Shown one piece after another: positions 37,024 to 50,112 of a stretch of DNA of 64,000 bases; positions within the stretch are counted from its first letter, which is position 1; every line of letters begins with the position of its first letter. The translations under genes were made by a program, and so were the position numbers. The notes beneath the pieces are model-generated. The model saw only the letters and a list, made by a program, of their open reading frames with translations. It was not told where the DNA came from and did not search any database. The DNA is from Octopus sinensis (lineage: Eukaryota), in the NCBI RefSeq assembly GCF_006345805.1, contig NC_042998.1, forward strand, positions 38,130,001-38,194,000. The letters are read 5' to 3'.

Positions 37024-38009
37024 ATAATCTATGCAACAATGTATGAATGTATATATATATTTCTATACAAACGTGTGTGTGTTTGTGCGAGTATGTGTGT
37101 GTACGCGTGTGTGTGTGTGTGCGTGTGTGTGTATGTGTGTGTGTGTGTATGTGTGCGTATGCGTGTGTGTGTATGCGTGTGCGTGTATGTGTGTGTATGT
37201 GTGTATGTGTGTGTATGTGTGTATATGCGCGTGTGTGTGTGTGTGTGTGTGTATGTGTGTGTGTGTGTAAAGCGTACGTATATTTATAGATTCAGTAGCA
37301 TAAAGAATAATGGCAGATATGGAATGGGTGATGATAGTTGTTGTCAAGTAGAAACAAGTGCCAACTATAATCAGCTAATTTGGTTTATGTGCTGATGAAA
37401 TCGTTTATGTGCGATACAAGTGCGCTGGCTCCTAAAGAAAGTTTGCAAATAACACATCTAATAATTACCTCTATTGTTGTAACGAATCAATGATTTGAAT
37501 TCATAAGTGTGAAGTTAAGGAATTCTTTGAATTGCATCAATACAAAATCTTTATGCGTGAGACGTCAGCTTTATATATCTTTCGATGTGATAACAACGAT
37601 ATGGATATATAATAAACTCTATGTTTTCGAGGATATTTAGAATCGATTTAAATTTCATCTAGTGCCTTAGAATTGGGATTGTACTGTTTTGGACTGTGGC
37701 ATGTTTTCACGATGCGTCATCTATCAAAACACTGATGAGCAATCCAGCTTATTGAGAACAAAATATACACAGACAAACATTAGCTTTGGTGCATATGTAG
37801 CTACAAAAGCCTTTCAAATTCAAAAGGTCATGTTTACCCCTACTTAAAAGTGGACGTTTTGTTAGAACGCAAAATACTGCATTATTTAACATGAGAGAAC
37901 CTCCCGTATAGACTTGTGATGAATTTAAGCAGATCTGTTTATATCGCTAACAGGAGACAATCATCCACTACCACCACCGGACCTATCAGATGATATAATT
38001 TCGGCCTTC

Positions 38010-38450
38010 GTTGGCATGTACAATCGTAGACTCTACGGCTAGACATAGCAGCAATTTCTTTGTCTATGATTGCACTTGTAATGTACGAATCAGCCAGTCG
38101 ATTTCTCTTTCTGAAAATCCCAGTTTATCCAGATTTTCCTTTAAGCATTTACTAAAAAAAACCTAGTGCTCCAATCATTATTGGTATGAATATGAATTCA
38201 TAGTCTGGATATAGAAGCTGAAGGTTTCGAAGCAGTTGTCCATAGAAATCCTCTTTTTCTCTGACTTTCAGAGAGATATTTATATCTGCAGGGCAACTAA
38301 CCTCCATGGTGGTACATACCTTTGCTCCTCTGTCCCAAACAACAAAATCGACCTGTTATGCTTACATTTTACACACGCTTTGGTGGGAATATTCCACCAG
38401 TATTCCTTCAGTTGGTGTTTATGAATGTATTCCATAACAGAGGGATTTTC
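38010..38450 (-). mobile_element. REL-domain 3' part of a Dong/R4-related element (lineage D)
   Basis: EYWWNIPTK..KCKHNR..DFVVWDRGAKVCTTMEVSCPADINISLKVREKEDFYGQLLRNLQLLYPDY..IPIMIGALG..KCLKENLDKLGFS. Confidence 0.85.
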
Positions 38451-39193
38451 TATGTACTATGTATGTATGTATGTATGTATGTGTAAAAAGTATCAAGTTA
38501 TCCTTTTATCGGGTTGTCGGAATCACTTTTAGCCGATTTCCACAACTCTTTTATTGCAAAAAGAAAGAAAACAGTAAATGGTAGAACAAAGTTAACGTTT
38601 TAAGGATTTGAATAAGTCAGAACTGCATTTCTAAAACATGAACTTCGTGAAATGTGAACTAAGGAAAGACTATCAATGATGGGGAAGATATTTTCAGTCA
38701 GTTAAGCACTTTGAAAAGCTAAAAATCGAATATAGTGAAGAGATAAAAAGGCGAATATAAAATAAGTTCAGAACCGGGGGTTGAAAATTTCATCACCACT
38801 ACATGTGTCCAGTGAGGAATAATTTGCAAATTAGGTCTTTCTTTTCTCCATGTTCGCTGAATCTTCAACAGACCAATTCTACGTGACAGTAACAGATAGC
38901 CAAGAAGACGATAAGAATATGCAAGCGTTTATGACTGCGTTGATGTTTATAAGCATATAAAAAGCGGTATTTTGCGAAGAAAACATTTTATATTCTGTAA
39001 TTTTGTGGTATACAGCAGAGAAATCTATAAAATAAGTACAAGACTGAAATAAATGTAAGGGTTGCTTCCATCATCTAAACCTTCGAAAGCAGAGCGTTGG
39101 CATATTTGCAATTTAACGACTGAAACGAGTCTAAGAAAATATGCTGATTTTGTGTATGTAAACATGTATGTCCACACAAATTTATCATACAAG

Positions 39194-39254
<61 letters not shown>

Positions 39255-39764
39255 CTGTGTGTGAGTGTGTCTGTGTCTGTGTGTGTCTGTGTACTTATGT
39301 GCTGTGTGTGTGACCAGAAATGCTTCTCAAAAATATTTAAAAGCTTAGATCCAATACAGAGCTTAATAATTCATATTTAGAACCAATATAAATCAATTTC
39401 CCCGTGCTCAGAATGCTACCGTTGACGCAATTAGCTGAGGTTATTCTCGGAATAAATACGAGGGATTCCGATTCCACAAAGTTTCAAATCATTTTGATAC
39501 GATGTGGCTTTTAACTTTGTTTCTATGAATGCATACAAGTGAGGTGAATTAGATTTTCGATTATTTATTTCCCGCTTGACGATGGTCCTGTTGTTTTCTC
39601 GTCGTATGGAACTGCTTCCTAGAAACACATACATATTTGCATACATGAATATCTATATATATATATATAAATTTACAGATGCCTACATACATGTTTTACT
39701 ATAGATATTTATATAGAAAATATACATTTATATGTACGTGTGTATGTGTGTGTGTCTATTCCAC

Positions 39765-40040
39765 CAACGATCAAAAGGTAGTGAGTTCGATTCCTGGCGA
39801 CGCATTGTGTCCTTCATCAAGACACTTTATTTCACGCAGCTCCAGTCGACTCAGGTGGGAAAAATTAGAAGTACCTGTATTTCAAAGGGACAGCCTTTTC
39901 ATATTCTGTGTCACACTGAATTTGAGAACTACGTTAAGTGTTACGTGTGCCTGCGGAATACTCAGCTACTTCAATATTAATTTTACGAGCAACCTGTTCG
40001 GTTGATCGGATCAGCTGAAGCACATGTCGACTCCTAAAGA
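39765..40040 (+). mobile_element. tRNA-derived SINE, family shared with 60020-60330
   Basis: gagttcgattcc B box; aagtacctgtattt(c/g)aaaggg..ttctgtgtca..ttttacg.gca.actg shared. Confidence 0.7.
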
Positions 40041-40065
40041 GTGCCATTCATGTATTTATATATAC

Positions 40066-40640
40066 AGGGTGTTTAGAAAGTCTCTCCGCAGTATTTTATT
40101 GCAAAATAAATATTTATAAGGTGGTATGAGACTACAAAAGAATATTTCAGACTTTACAAGACTTTAAAAAACTTTATAAGAGGTGTTGAAAGTGTCGTCC
40201 TTCATTTTCAATACATAAGTTGACTATTCTACACATGTTTTGAAATAGATCTTGGAGAGTCTGACGCGTGACTCTTAAAGATGAACAAATTCCGATCATT
40301 TGTTTTTCAATTACTTTTCAATTATTGAAATTTTTCTACAAAGAAAAACTCCTTCCATTTAATTTCCATTAACTTTCGCAAATCTGCTGTTTATCTCTGC
40401 CAATGATATCGATGCAATTGAGTGGTGTTCGAGGGTGTAGAACCTGCAGAACGTAACAAACGATGTGGTCTGTTGTCCAGCACGGTCACAGTGGCCCACA
40501 AGGCTTATCCCACGTTGAGCAATGATAACAATGGACGGGAATTGTTTAGAAATCTCCTCTTTGATCTTGTGCTTTACACCATGATATATTTTCCGCCTTC
40601 AAAATGGTTTGGTGGTTGTGACATAAAGCAATCATGAAGC
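40066..40640 (-). mobile_element. Tc1/mariner-superfamily remnant
   Basis: TA+CAGGGTG terminus; minus strand FQNMCRIVNLCIENEGRHFQHLL* is a typical transposase C-terminus. Confidence 0.7.
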
Positions 40641-41089
40641 CCCTACTTTATATACATTGCTTCTTAGTACGATTTGGAGCATGTAGGTATAAGACATGGA
40701 GGTGATACATATTCCAAACATAGAAGAATGAAGACAGCATTCATTCCAGCTAACAGTTTCTATATACGGATACATTTATATAGAAGTCATTTGACGGAAT
40801 TGACACGTGTAATATTTTGAAGAATTACATTATAGGTCATTTAATTACTGCTCGAAGATATATTTAATTTATAAAGCATACGTACTCGCATTTTTAGTCA
40901 TAGCTCGCAACTTTAATGCATTTCCTTCTAAATTACTAAAAATGTGAGTTGTACAGAATTTCTTGTTTCCTGACGCACGTATCGCATTCCGCGAGCTATG
41001 ACCCTCAATTGCAATGCGTACATACAGACTAACATTGCTGTAAGGGGTTTCGGCCTTACCACGGTTTTTATAGTTTAAAATGCCCAGAT

Positions 41090-41500
41090 ACGTTTTCCTG
41101 ATTCAGAAGCCTTCGTATATTATGGAAGAAGCAGGTTGGTAGGTGGTGTTTTCTATCGAGTTTTAGTAGTGTATATGCTGAGTGAAAATTCCCTTGAAAT
41201 CTTCCTCATGAGTCCTGTTGAAAAGCCTGATGAGACATCACATTTTTGGCATGATTAAAAGTACTATCGCGGGTGTTACGTTCCAAAACTCCCACGATAG
41301 GTGAAAATCCGCGAAGTAGAAACAGTACTGTATCGTATATTTTTTTCTTAATTCTAATCAATGTATTCATCATATCACCCGATCTGTTAAAAATAAATGA
41401 GCTTACTTATAATGATATGCAGACACCCTGGATGATTAACCCGTTACTGTCATCCCATGCGCATGATCACTTGAAAGAAATGCCTTTTTTTTTAAATTTC
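41090..41500 (+). pseudogene. decayed exon(s) including the RZ-finger remnant HPG*LTRYCHPMRMIT*KKC (41424-41483)
   Basis: Upstream frame AQIRFPDSEAFVYYGRSRLVGGVFYRVLVVYML...YRGCYVPKLP, then PM-x4-(stop at Cys)-x2-C spacing as in the RNF213 RZ finger. Confidence 0.35.
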
Positions 41501-42795
41501 TAACGACACGAAGTATTTCACTTATTGTCTATGCTTTGTGCTTAATGGTAAATATTTTATACATTAGTCTCCCACGTCGGTAGTTCAGGTAAATTTCAAT
41601 AGGAAATCGCACACCCCGTTCGTCATTATATTACTTTGCGTTTAGTATCCAAATATTTTCCGTGTGTTTATCGTTAATTTTTGGAGACGAATTCTCCATT
41701 TTCGTTGTAGGTTTTCATTTTAACTGATCTCTGTTCCTCATGTCTGTTAGCAGATGGGAACCGCAACACGGTACAGTATGCCTCTCAACGTTCTAAATTT
41801 GAGAGCATCAATTAGTGCAAGGTGTGTTGTTTAGAAAGTCTGACTGTATCAAGTCAGAATAGAAACCTATTGATTTGCCGAATGATTATTCCTTCGCCCT
41901 GTAATTTGTCTTTGTAAACAGCTTTGCTTCAATATTATTCAACGTAATGTTTTGAGTTGTTTAGAACCCATTTCTATTATTTCTCTATTCTTTAACGTCG
42001 TGAGTCCATATAGTATTATTAGTAACAACTAATTTCTTTTGGTCCTTGCTTTCATTGTGCCTCCCGCTTTTCACAGTTTTCGCAGAAGACACTTTTGATA
42101 TATAAACATCCCCCCCTCACGCATTTTTTTTTTTGTAGTCTGTCCCACAAGGAAAACCAGAGTGTTTGCTCTCAAAGAGACAGTGCTACCAGCGGAGATG
42201 CTCTGTAACTTGCTATCATCCCCATGTAACCAATTGCTTGGAAGATCTTTAAACCTTACAGACGTCATTTACACACAAGAAAGAAACAAATACAACAAAA
42301 CCTTAATACAAGAGCAAGAGACTGTAAAATGGATTCACTTTACGAATTCAGAAATCGTACTCACAGAATTTTGAAACACAAGTTCAAACTTTCTTATTTC
42401 ACTCGCGACGACGTGAATTTCTAATTCACCCCCAGAAATATTGTATTCACTTTCTTACGTACAAAGCCACATTCGAGAATCATCTAGGTTTCAAGAAGTA
42501 GCATGTCGGAGATTAAAATCAATATCCCTATAAAATATTCAGATTATTTTAATAACTCCAATTTTAGCTAATGGACTTCCTTTCAAAACACTTTTCTTCG
42601 CTTCATATTTCTAAATGTGCATCAATTTGTCATTTTTACACATCAACGAAAAATACTGTTATAAATTCTGTTATGTGCAACTTAGCTACATTTCTTACTT
42701 ACGTAATCATATATATATATATATATATATTCATAGATACATATTATACATACATATTATACATACATACATACATACATACATACATACATACA

Positions 42796-42827
<32 letters not shown>

Positions 42828-42865
42828 ATAGTACCCTACTTGCACACGCTTAAATCTATATTGAT

Positions 42866-42931
<66 letters not shown>

Positions 42932-43627
42932 CGCATATAGGCACGTATTTATACATGAAATATTAAAACTATAAGGATAAATATTACACTAATCTTGATT
43001 CGCAAATATGAGCGCTGAAGACTAAAAAAGTGATTCAATACTTTTCGTCCTCACCTTTTAAAGCTTCAAACTACCTCAGAATATAAATATCTTTTCTTTG
43101 TTCTATTTTCGCATATTTTGAAAATATTTCAAGACATCAATTGAAGTATTGCCAGATTGAGCATTAGTAAATCTAATTTAAAATGTCTTCTAAATAATTC
43201 CGCTCATAATGGTTTGGCGTAGTTTACGTTTCTTGAATATATCAACATAAAAATATATAAGTCTAAATTGGTTATCGAAATGATCGGGGATGTTGTGCGT
43301 AGTGGTGAATGGCAAAATAATAGTCCCTTAATGAGTCCCGACTATGACACTGTTTAAAATCTAGATTAATATATGTTCCCATTACTTTTGATGCAAAAGA
43401 TGTCAACATTTCCTTTCGCATATATTATGCGTTCTTCGGAGTAAACAAAAATCACTAATTTTCAGTCAGAGAGGAATGGAAGAGAAACTGTTTTTTCTCC
43501 AGATGAAAACAGTTCTCAAATTTTTAGAAAATTATTGGTTTTAAGGTGAATTTGTTTTAAGGACATGAAACGCGAATCTTTTTTCCACCTGAAGAAGTAA
43601 TTATCAATACATCAACAGAATCTGCAA

Positions 43628-43703
<76 letters not shown>

Positions 43704-43719
43704 GGAGAGAGATAGAAAG

Positions 43720-43904
43720 AAAGAGTCGCCATGATAGATCGTTAGCCACTACACACATTTTTTTTCTCTCCTTGTTTTTTCTGTATCCCTTTCGGTAGAA
43801 GAGCGTAGGCTCGAAACGTAAAAGACTTTTTCTATTCCTGAGCGTTATACTAATACATCTGTTTGTTTTCTACACCACCTGTCTTCGTCTTTTGTTTTTT
43901 TCGT

Positions 43905-43910
<6 letters not shown>
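43720..43910 (+). repeat. probable Penelope-type terminal repeat carrying a degenerate minimal hammerhead (43789-43824)
   Basis: Stem I cttt/aaag, stem II gagc-gtag-gctc, GAAA, palindromic ACGT, GUA triplet. Confidence 0.45.
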
Positions 43911-43999
<89 letters not shown>

Positions 44000-44672
44000 T
44001 TAGTAAATAAAAAATAAGTTATTTCTACGTCTCCTTCTTTTGCAAAATCTATATTGTAAACATCCATGACACTTTTGGACCTCCTAAGATCGAATAGACT
44101 CGGCATAAGAAAGCTTATTTGACACAGATGAATTTGTTTATTATACCAAGTTACAAATTGTTCATATATTTAGTGCTTGAGTTACTTCAAAAGTGTATCA
44201 GTGCGTCGGACGTACACATATTTATAACAGAATTCTGGTATTCCATCTCTCCATCTACAATGCAAAAATTAATTAGGTTAGCGTTAAGCTATTTAATACG
44301 TAGTTCATTAAAAGTGTGTGTTGAAATATAAAAGTTTATTGTCAATTGATCGTTTAGCGAGAAGGAATTCCGAGCAGAATAGCGTTAGACTGGGATTCAC
44401 CAACGAAGTAAATCCTAATCACAAATGCCGAATTAGCACTGTACAAATTGCAAAATGTAGAAGTTTGTAAATTTATTTGTATGAGAATATAGAATCATTC
44501 TGAGATAATTCTGAGAAGCTATTTGCAAGAAAATATAAGTAAATAAAATTAAACAAAATCATATATTAAACTGGCTTTGTAAGTTTTAATGTACGAAGCA
44601 TTAACAGAAACGATGTATGGCGCTAGCCCGGTGCCATTAGTCGGTGTGTAATATTTTCATTTTATTGACCAG

Positions 44673-45062
44673 AATAATTATCATCATTTTAAACATCCGC
44701 AGTTGCTTACAGAGACGATATTAAGTATATGCGACGCATTGTTTAATTTTGTGCGTATATGTAATCTTGATAAATCTAAATACAGACTGAAAAATGATTC
44801 ATTACATAAAATACAAACCAAATATGTGCAGCACATCCATACACTGTTAAGATGCTTCTGCTTAAATTTGATTCTATCAGGATCTCCATCACCTTTCATT
44901 TCCATTTTCTCCAGAATATTTAGTGAAACATGTTCAGTTCTGAAGGTGCTTAAGAGCAACTCAGGCATTAAAGTAGAAGAGATTCGTGATCTGCTAGAAT
45001 TTTGTGGAATACTAGTGTATGAATATGAAAACGCTCGAAAGGAATATTATCGAGGAATAAGG
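44673..45062 (+). CDS. intact 130-codon phase 0-0 exon, RNF213 E3-core-like helical region
   Basis: Frame is open from 44652 to 45119; acceptor ttttcattttattgaccag| (alternative ccgcag| at 44703), donor agg|gtaata; TLLRCFCLNLILSG and VLKSNSGIKVEEIRDLL resemble the post-RZ segment of RNF213. Confidence 0.65.
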
Positions 45063-45559
45063 GTAATAATTCAAATGGAAGTAATTGCTCTGCCAAAAAT
45101 CCCGTATCAATGCACATGAAGAACTTATAATATTCACACCTCAACCCTAAACTAACAAAACTAAACAGAAAGAAGGAACATAATTGTTGCATATTTTTTC
45201 TATTCTGCCTACCTCCTCAAGTCCGACACCGATCATGTTTACAAGGAATATAAGAAAATAACGGTCTAATCGAACTAGAAAACATTTATAAAGTATATAC
45301 TCTAGGACTAGAGAAGTAAAGAATAATGGAAAACGCACAGATAACTATAGAATAAAAACATTTTTTTCTCTTCGAGGGGCCAACACCAGAAAAATAGGCT
45401 GAGATGACAAAAGGTTATGAAGAAAAAGGAAGCAGTTATAGTTTAGAAAATAAAAATGCTGAAATGGCATATATATTCTCCACTTGTACGGATCGCCCAT
45501 CCGTCGCATTATTACTCGTTTATGCCAGCTGAGTTGAAATGATCTGTTTTGCTCACACT

Positions 45560-45641
<82 letters not shown>

Positions 45642-46028
45642 TGTAACTTGGATTCATTTGAAATAGGTACTTGAATTGAGGTGCCTTGTTAGGACGAACT
45701 TATTTGCACACCCAAATATTATTAGAAGAGTATCAAACTCTACATAGAATATTTTTCCACCCGATATTCATGAAGTGTATGCAGATGACACGATCCAACT
45801 TAGTGAATAAATCCGCTCTTGTTTGTTCAGACATGCACTTTATATAAAGATACTTTCCAAATACTTCTGAAGTGCTGATTCCAGTGTAGGTGAGTAAAAT
45901 ACAAATGAGTAACAAAGATGTCAATCCATTACGGCTGTTTCCAACGATTCCTTTAATTGATCAATGAAAGCATTACATCATTACAATGAAAATCGTTCTC
46001 ATCAGATGACGGCATAGTAATCCAGTTC

Positions 46029-46129
46029 ACTATATTATCAGCCGTGCTGATTCTGCTCGTAGGACAGGAACAATTAATACAATATGGCTGGAGATCCTAA
46101 CACCCGGGCAACGCCGGAATTCATTGCTA

Positions 46130-46130
<1 letters not shown>
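46029..46130 (+). mobile_element. probable non-autonomous Helitron 3' end
   Basis: Hairpin ccgggcaacgccgg, then CTAG about 10 nt later, followed by T; candidate 5' TC at 46029. Confidence 0.5.
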
Positions 46131-46193
<63 letters not shown>

Positions 46194-46500
46194 TTAGAGG
46201 TTGTGAATCCAACCAACTAAGGCATAGTATCCATCCACAATAATGCTGGTAGAATATCTAATTAATACACAGGTGTTGGTTATTGCGTGGCAATTACCCT
46301 ACTGAGTATAATAATTAGGCAAAGGTAATAAGTGGGGTTTTACCCTTAATTTATATGGCAAGAAGAAATGGAGGGAATCCAGAGGTAGTATTCATCAGCT
46401 GTTAGACATAATATAATGTCTATTTATTTTAAACCGTTCAGATAATATATAAATACATGTGTAAATTACTACCCCGGATTCCCTCCATTTTCATCTTGCC

Positions 46501-46628
<128 letters not shown>

Positions 46629-47799
46629 ATGTATGTATGTATATATGCGTGTGTATGTGTTTTATACATATAATTAGAAATATGGATACTCACCCGTATG
46701 CATGAACATGTATGTACTTATGTATTATGTATACGTAAACAGATTGAATAGATAAGTAATGGGAAGGGTCTTATTCCGTTTAAACGAGAGAAGAAAATTA
46801 ATTATTTTTTACGTTTACTGTTCTATGGCCATATTTTAGTGCTTTAAATTTCTGCATCACAAATGTGAAAATTATTTCATTTTATTTATTCGTGTAAAAA
46901 TGTTTGAATAGCTTTTAGACGTTTTTCTTTAAAATATGGAATTTTCACTGTGATGATTCTACGAATTTCGTTAATACCGATGATTTCAGGCTTTTGTCTG
47001 TAACATTGTCAAAAAAACACTACATAATAATTCGTGAATAGTTTTCATGTGATTCAGTACCATCTTAATCTTAACGTTTTAAACGATTCTGCCTGCAATA
47101 ATAAACAAGCCATTACTGTTAGTTAATATGTTTCTCAAATGAATGTAAAACATCCTATAACGCTTCTATAACAGCATTTCCTGCGATGGATTTCCTTCGG
47201 AAACCATTAGTTACTAATTTTGTGTCCATTTCAGAGAGAAACATAAGAAAATAAATTGAGATTTCGGATGAAATATAACGTTCGTAATGGGTGTTGATGA
47301 TTGATATTATGTAAATTTAAATTCTATAAATTTAGGCATCGGAAATGATATAATCGATTTTAGATTGCCTTTCTCTACTCATAAACAGTATTATTGCCAA
47401 ATTCCATTAAACAGTCAAAATAGTATTTTGTATTAAATCTATGCAGGTGAATTGTGCAGAACATTTCATATTAAGCCTATGTAAATCTATTTTTTACTCA
47501 TTAGCATCAGTTATTAATATAGGCTCAATTTTGTAATGAGCAGTTTAACTAAACTTGTAGTAGGTCCTTTCATTTCCAGCGCGATAATTTGCCTGTAGTT
47601 TTCCATCGATGAAGTGAAAGATGTTTTATACATTTTATGTGTAGCAGTCAAAGTGGACGCTTCTGAATAGTTTTAATAGATCAAGCGCCTAACAAGTGTT
47701 GTTTGCTGCCGGATTTGGGCGCTCTTCAACAATCCAATAATAATGGCAACAGAAAAACAAATGGGGAAATTCAAAACTATTCATAATAATAATGTGGAG

Positions 47800-47935
47800 G
47801 AGAAGAAGAAAAAGAAAAAGAAGAGGTAGAAGAAGAAGAAGAAGAAGAAGAAGAAGAAGAAGAAGAAGAAGAAGAAGAAGAAGAAATGATGGAGGAGGGA
47901 GAAGGGGGAGGGGAGGAAGAGTAGGAGGAAGTCAT
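47800..47935 (+). repeat. (GAA)n/GGA polypurine tract
   Basis: Direct reading. Confidence 0.9.
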
Positions 47936-47994
47936 AGTACCTAATAACTACGAAGAAATAGAGCAAGCGACACGCAGTAAACTAAAACTGGAAC

Positions 47995-48670
47995 AACGAA
48001 ATACCAAGATAAAACAATGGCTCCTAAAGGCTTCCATGACGAGTATTGGGATAAACTAAACAGAAAGGAAATAGAGAAAGTATAATCGCAATAGTGGTTG
48101 AGAAGCTCGGGACTCAAAGCAGAGGCTGAAGGATTTTTAATTGCGACACAAGATTAAAACCTCCCCACTAAAAATCACCAGTAGCACATGGTAAAGAAAA
48201 AATACGACTGACTGCAGAATATAAGGGAATGAGGAAGAAACAATACAACATATTGTCTCTGGCTGCCCAGTGCTGGATAAAAAGCAATATATCCACAGAC
48301 ATGACAAAGATGGGACTCATATACACAAGAAGCTATGCAACAGTAAGGACAACAGAAAAAGATGGTAAGGCATAGGTCTCAGAAAATGACAAAGCAACCA
48401 TTCTCTGGGATATGCCAATAGACACAGAGAGATCAAGCTTAATTGACAGGATATATATGAGAGCAGACCAAGCCCCCAAAACTGCTCTGCTGGGGACAGC
48501 TAGGATTTTGAGATTGGTACTTGGATGTTGAATGTCTCCCACAATAATTAACAACCAAGTATCAAAGCTAATGTGCGGAAAGAGACCCTGTAAGACCTCT
48601 GACAGCAGGGTGCTGTCCGGTCTCACAGAATATATCAGAATAAACAAGACTGAACGTTCTGTGAAGTAAA
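47995..48670 (+). mobile_element. chimeric Dong/R4 fragment (lineage A knuckle/REL joined to lineage B 3' end)
   Basis: 48050-48430 aligns with the reverse complement of 17000-17420; 48460-48670 aligns with the reverse complement of 15091-15280; followed by (CAA)n(TAA)n. Confidence 0.85.
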
Positions 48671-48769
48671 ACAACAACAACAACAACAACGACGACGACA
48701 ACAACAACAATAATAATAATAACAATAACAATAACAATAATAATAATAACAATAACAATAATAATAATA

Positions 48770-48805
<36 letters not shown>

Positions 48806-48831
48806 TATTATTATTATTATTATCATCATCA

Positions 48832-48894
<63 letters not shown>

Positions 48895-49620
48895 CACCAC
48901 GATTTTAAAGTATCACCACGAAGAAATAATCAAGCTCAATAACGATCTGTTAAGCAACAACTACCCCAAAAGTATACTATCCACTCCAATTATGAGTCTG
49001 TCTACCCTATGTGAAAGGCCTCTCCGAAAAGATACAAAAGATATGCGGCCCATATGACATCAGGACAGTATTCAAGAGTAACACAACACTTCGCAAATAT
49101 CTCCTTCGAGCAAAACCACCAACAGAAGAGAATATGACAAAATATTGCTTGTACTCCATCCGATACAGCTGTGGTAGGTTATACAAAGGCGAAACATGCC
49201 GCCCCATCAAAATAAGGGTAGACAAACATCGCTGAGCCGTGACACGAGGGGATATTGATAAATCAGGTATAGCTGATCATGTATGGAAAAATGGAGACCA
49301 TAATAATAGACAGAGAACACTACTGGAAAATACGAAATCTAAAAGAAGCAGCACATATGCTAGGACACAACAACCTCCTAAGCAGACCGAGTGCAGATAT
49401 GAGCAGCAAATGGGAACCAGTATTAAGGAAGGATGGGAGAATATTAGATTTATAAACCCTAACAACAACAACAACATCGAAGAATACCTTAGGAATGAGA
49501 ACTCAGGTTCGAAATTTCCCCTGAAGAAGGCTGGAGGGTATATCAGCCGAAACGTTGTGTTAACAACAAACAAGATGAGGACAAATATCCATCAAATGTA
49601 AATAATGTACACAATTCCTC
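48895..49620 (+). mobile_element. Penelope-like retroelement 3' part: RT thumb, GIY-YIG endonuclease and terminal repeat
   Basis: LPYVKGLSEKIQKI..IRTVFKS..TLRKYL; CLYSIRYSCGRLYKGETCRPIKIRVDKHR..SGIADHVW; hammerhead-like motif at 49521-49556. Confidence 0.9.
49521..49556 (+). ncRNA. minimal type I hammerhead ribozyme-like motif
   Basis: CTGAAGA-A, stem II ggctg/cagcc, GAAA, palindromic AACGTT; stem I poor. Confidence 0.55.
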
Positions 49621-49699
49621 ATCTCTTAAATATAGAACTGATTAATAATCCTTTCTACTAAAAAAGCACAATTTTGGGATGGGAGCAATTACATAGACC

Positions 49700-49975
49700 C
49701 TAGTGATTCATTGATATTTAATCCAAGCAAATATCCAATGAAATAAACTACCACCAACAAGCTTGATACCCAATGCATTACATACACAATACAAAATAAC
49801 ACTATTACATCTGCAGCACAACTCATAAAAAGAAGAAACTGACGCAATGCAATATCGGGAAGAGATTGCATACAAAGAACACACCATGTTGCACACATTT
49901 CTGCAACAAAGAGGTGCAGCAGGTGTTGCAGTAGAAATTTGCCTGAAACTACAGAATGTTGGACAATGATAGTAG
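49700..49975 (+). mobile_element. 3' UTR fragment of Dong lineage C
   Basis: Reverse-complement match to 63015-63280 (gcagtagaaatttgcctgaaact...). Confidence 0.8.
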
Positions 49976-49984
49976 TAATCGTTT

Positions 49985-50112
49985 CTTCTCAAGGCACAAG
50001 GCCTGAAAATTTGGGGAAGAAAGCTAGTCGATTATATCGACATCAGCGGAATTTGAACTGAGAACATAAGGACGGACGAAATGCCGATAAGCATTTTGTC
50101 CGGCATGCTAAT
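49985..50112 (-). mobile_element. SINE fragment (ggcggcgag family)
   Basis: Reverse complement of gcatgccggacaaaatgcttatcggcatttcgtccgtc..gttctcagttcaaattccgc. Confidence 0.7.

Noticed and set aside
38272-38320. Ig I-set-like motif YICRATNLHG after a strong-looking acceptor
   Set aside because: It is the antisense of the REL endonuclease (MEVSCPADINISLK) of a retroelement with a homologous copy at 3440.
45778-45792. YADDT reverse-transcriptase motif
   Set aside because: Isolated, with no flanking RT motifs and stops nearby; the adjacent gtgagt donor suggests pseudo-exon or chance.
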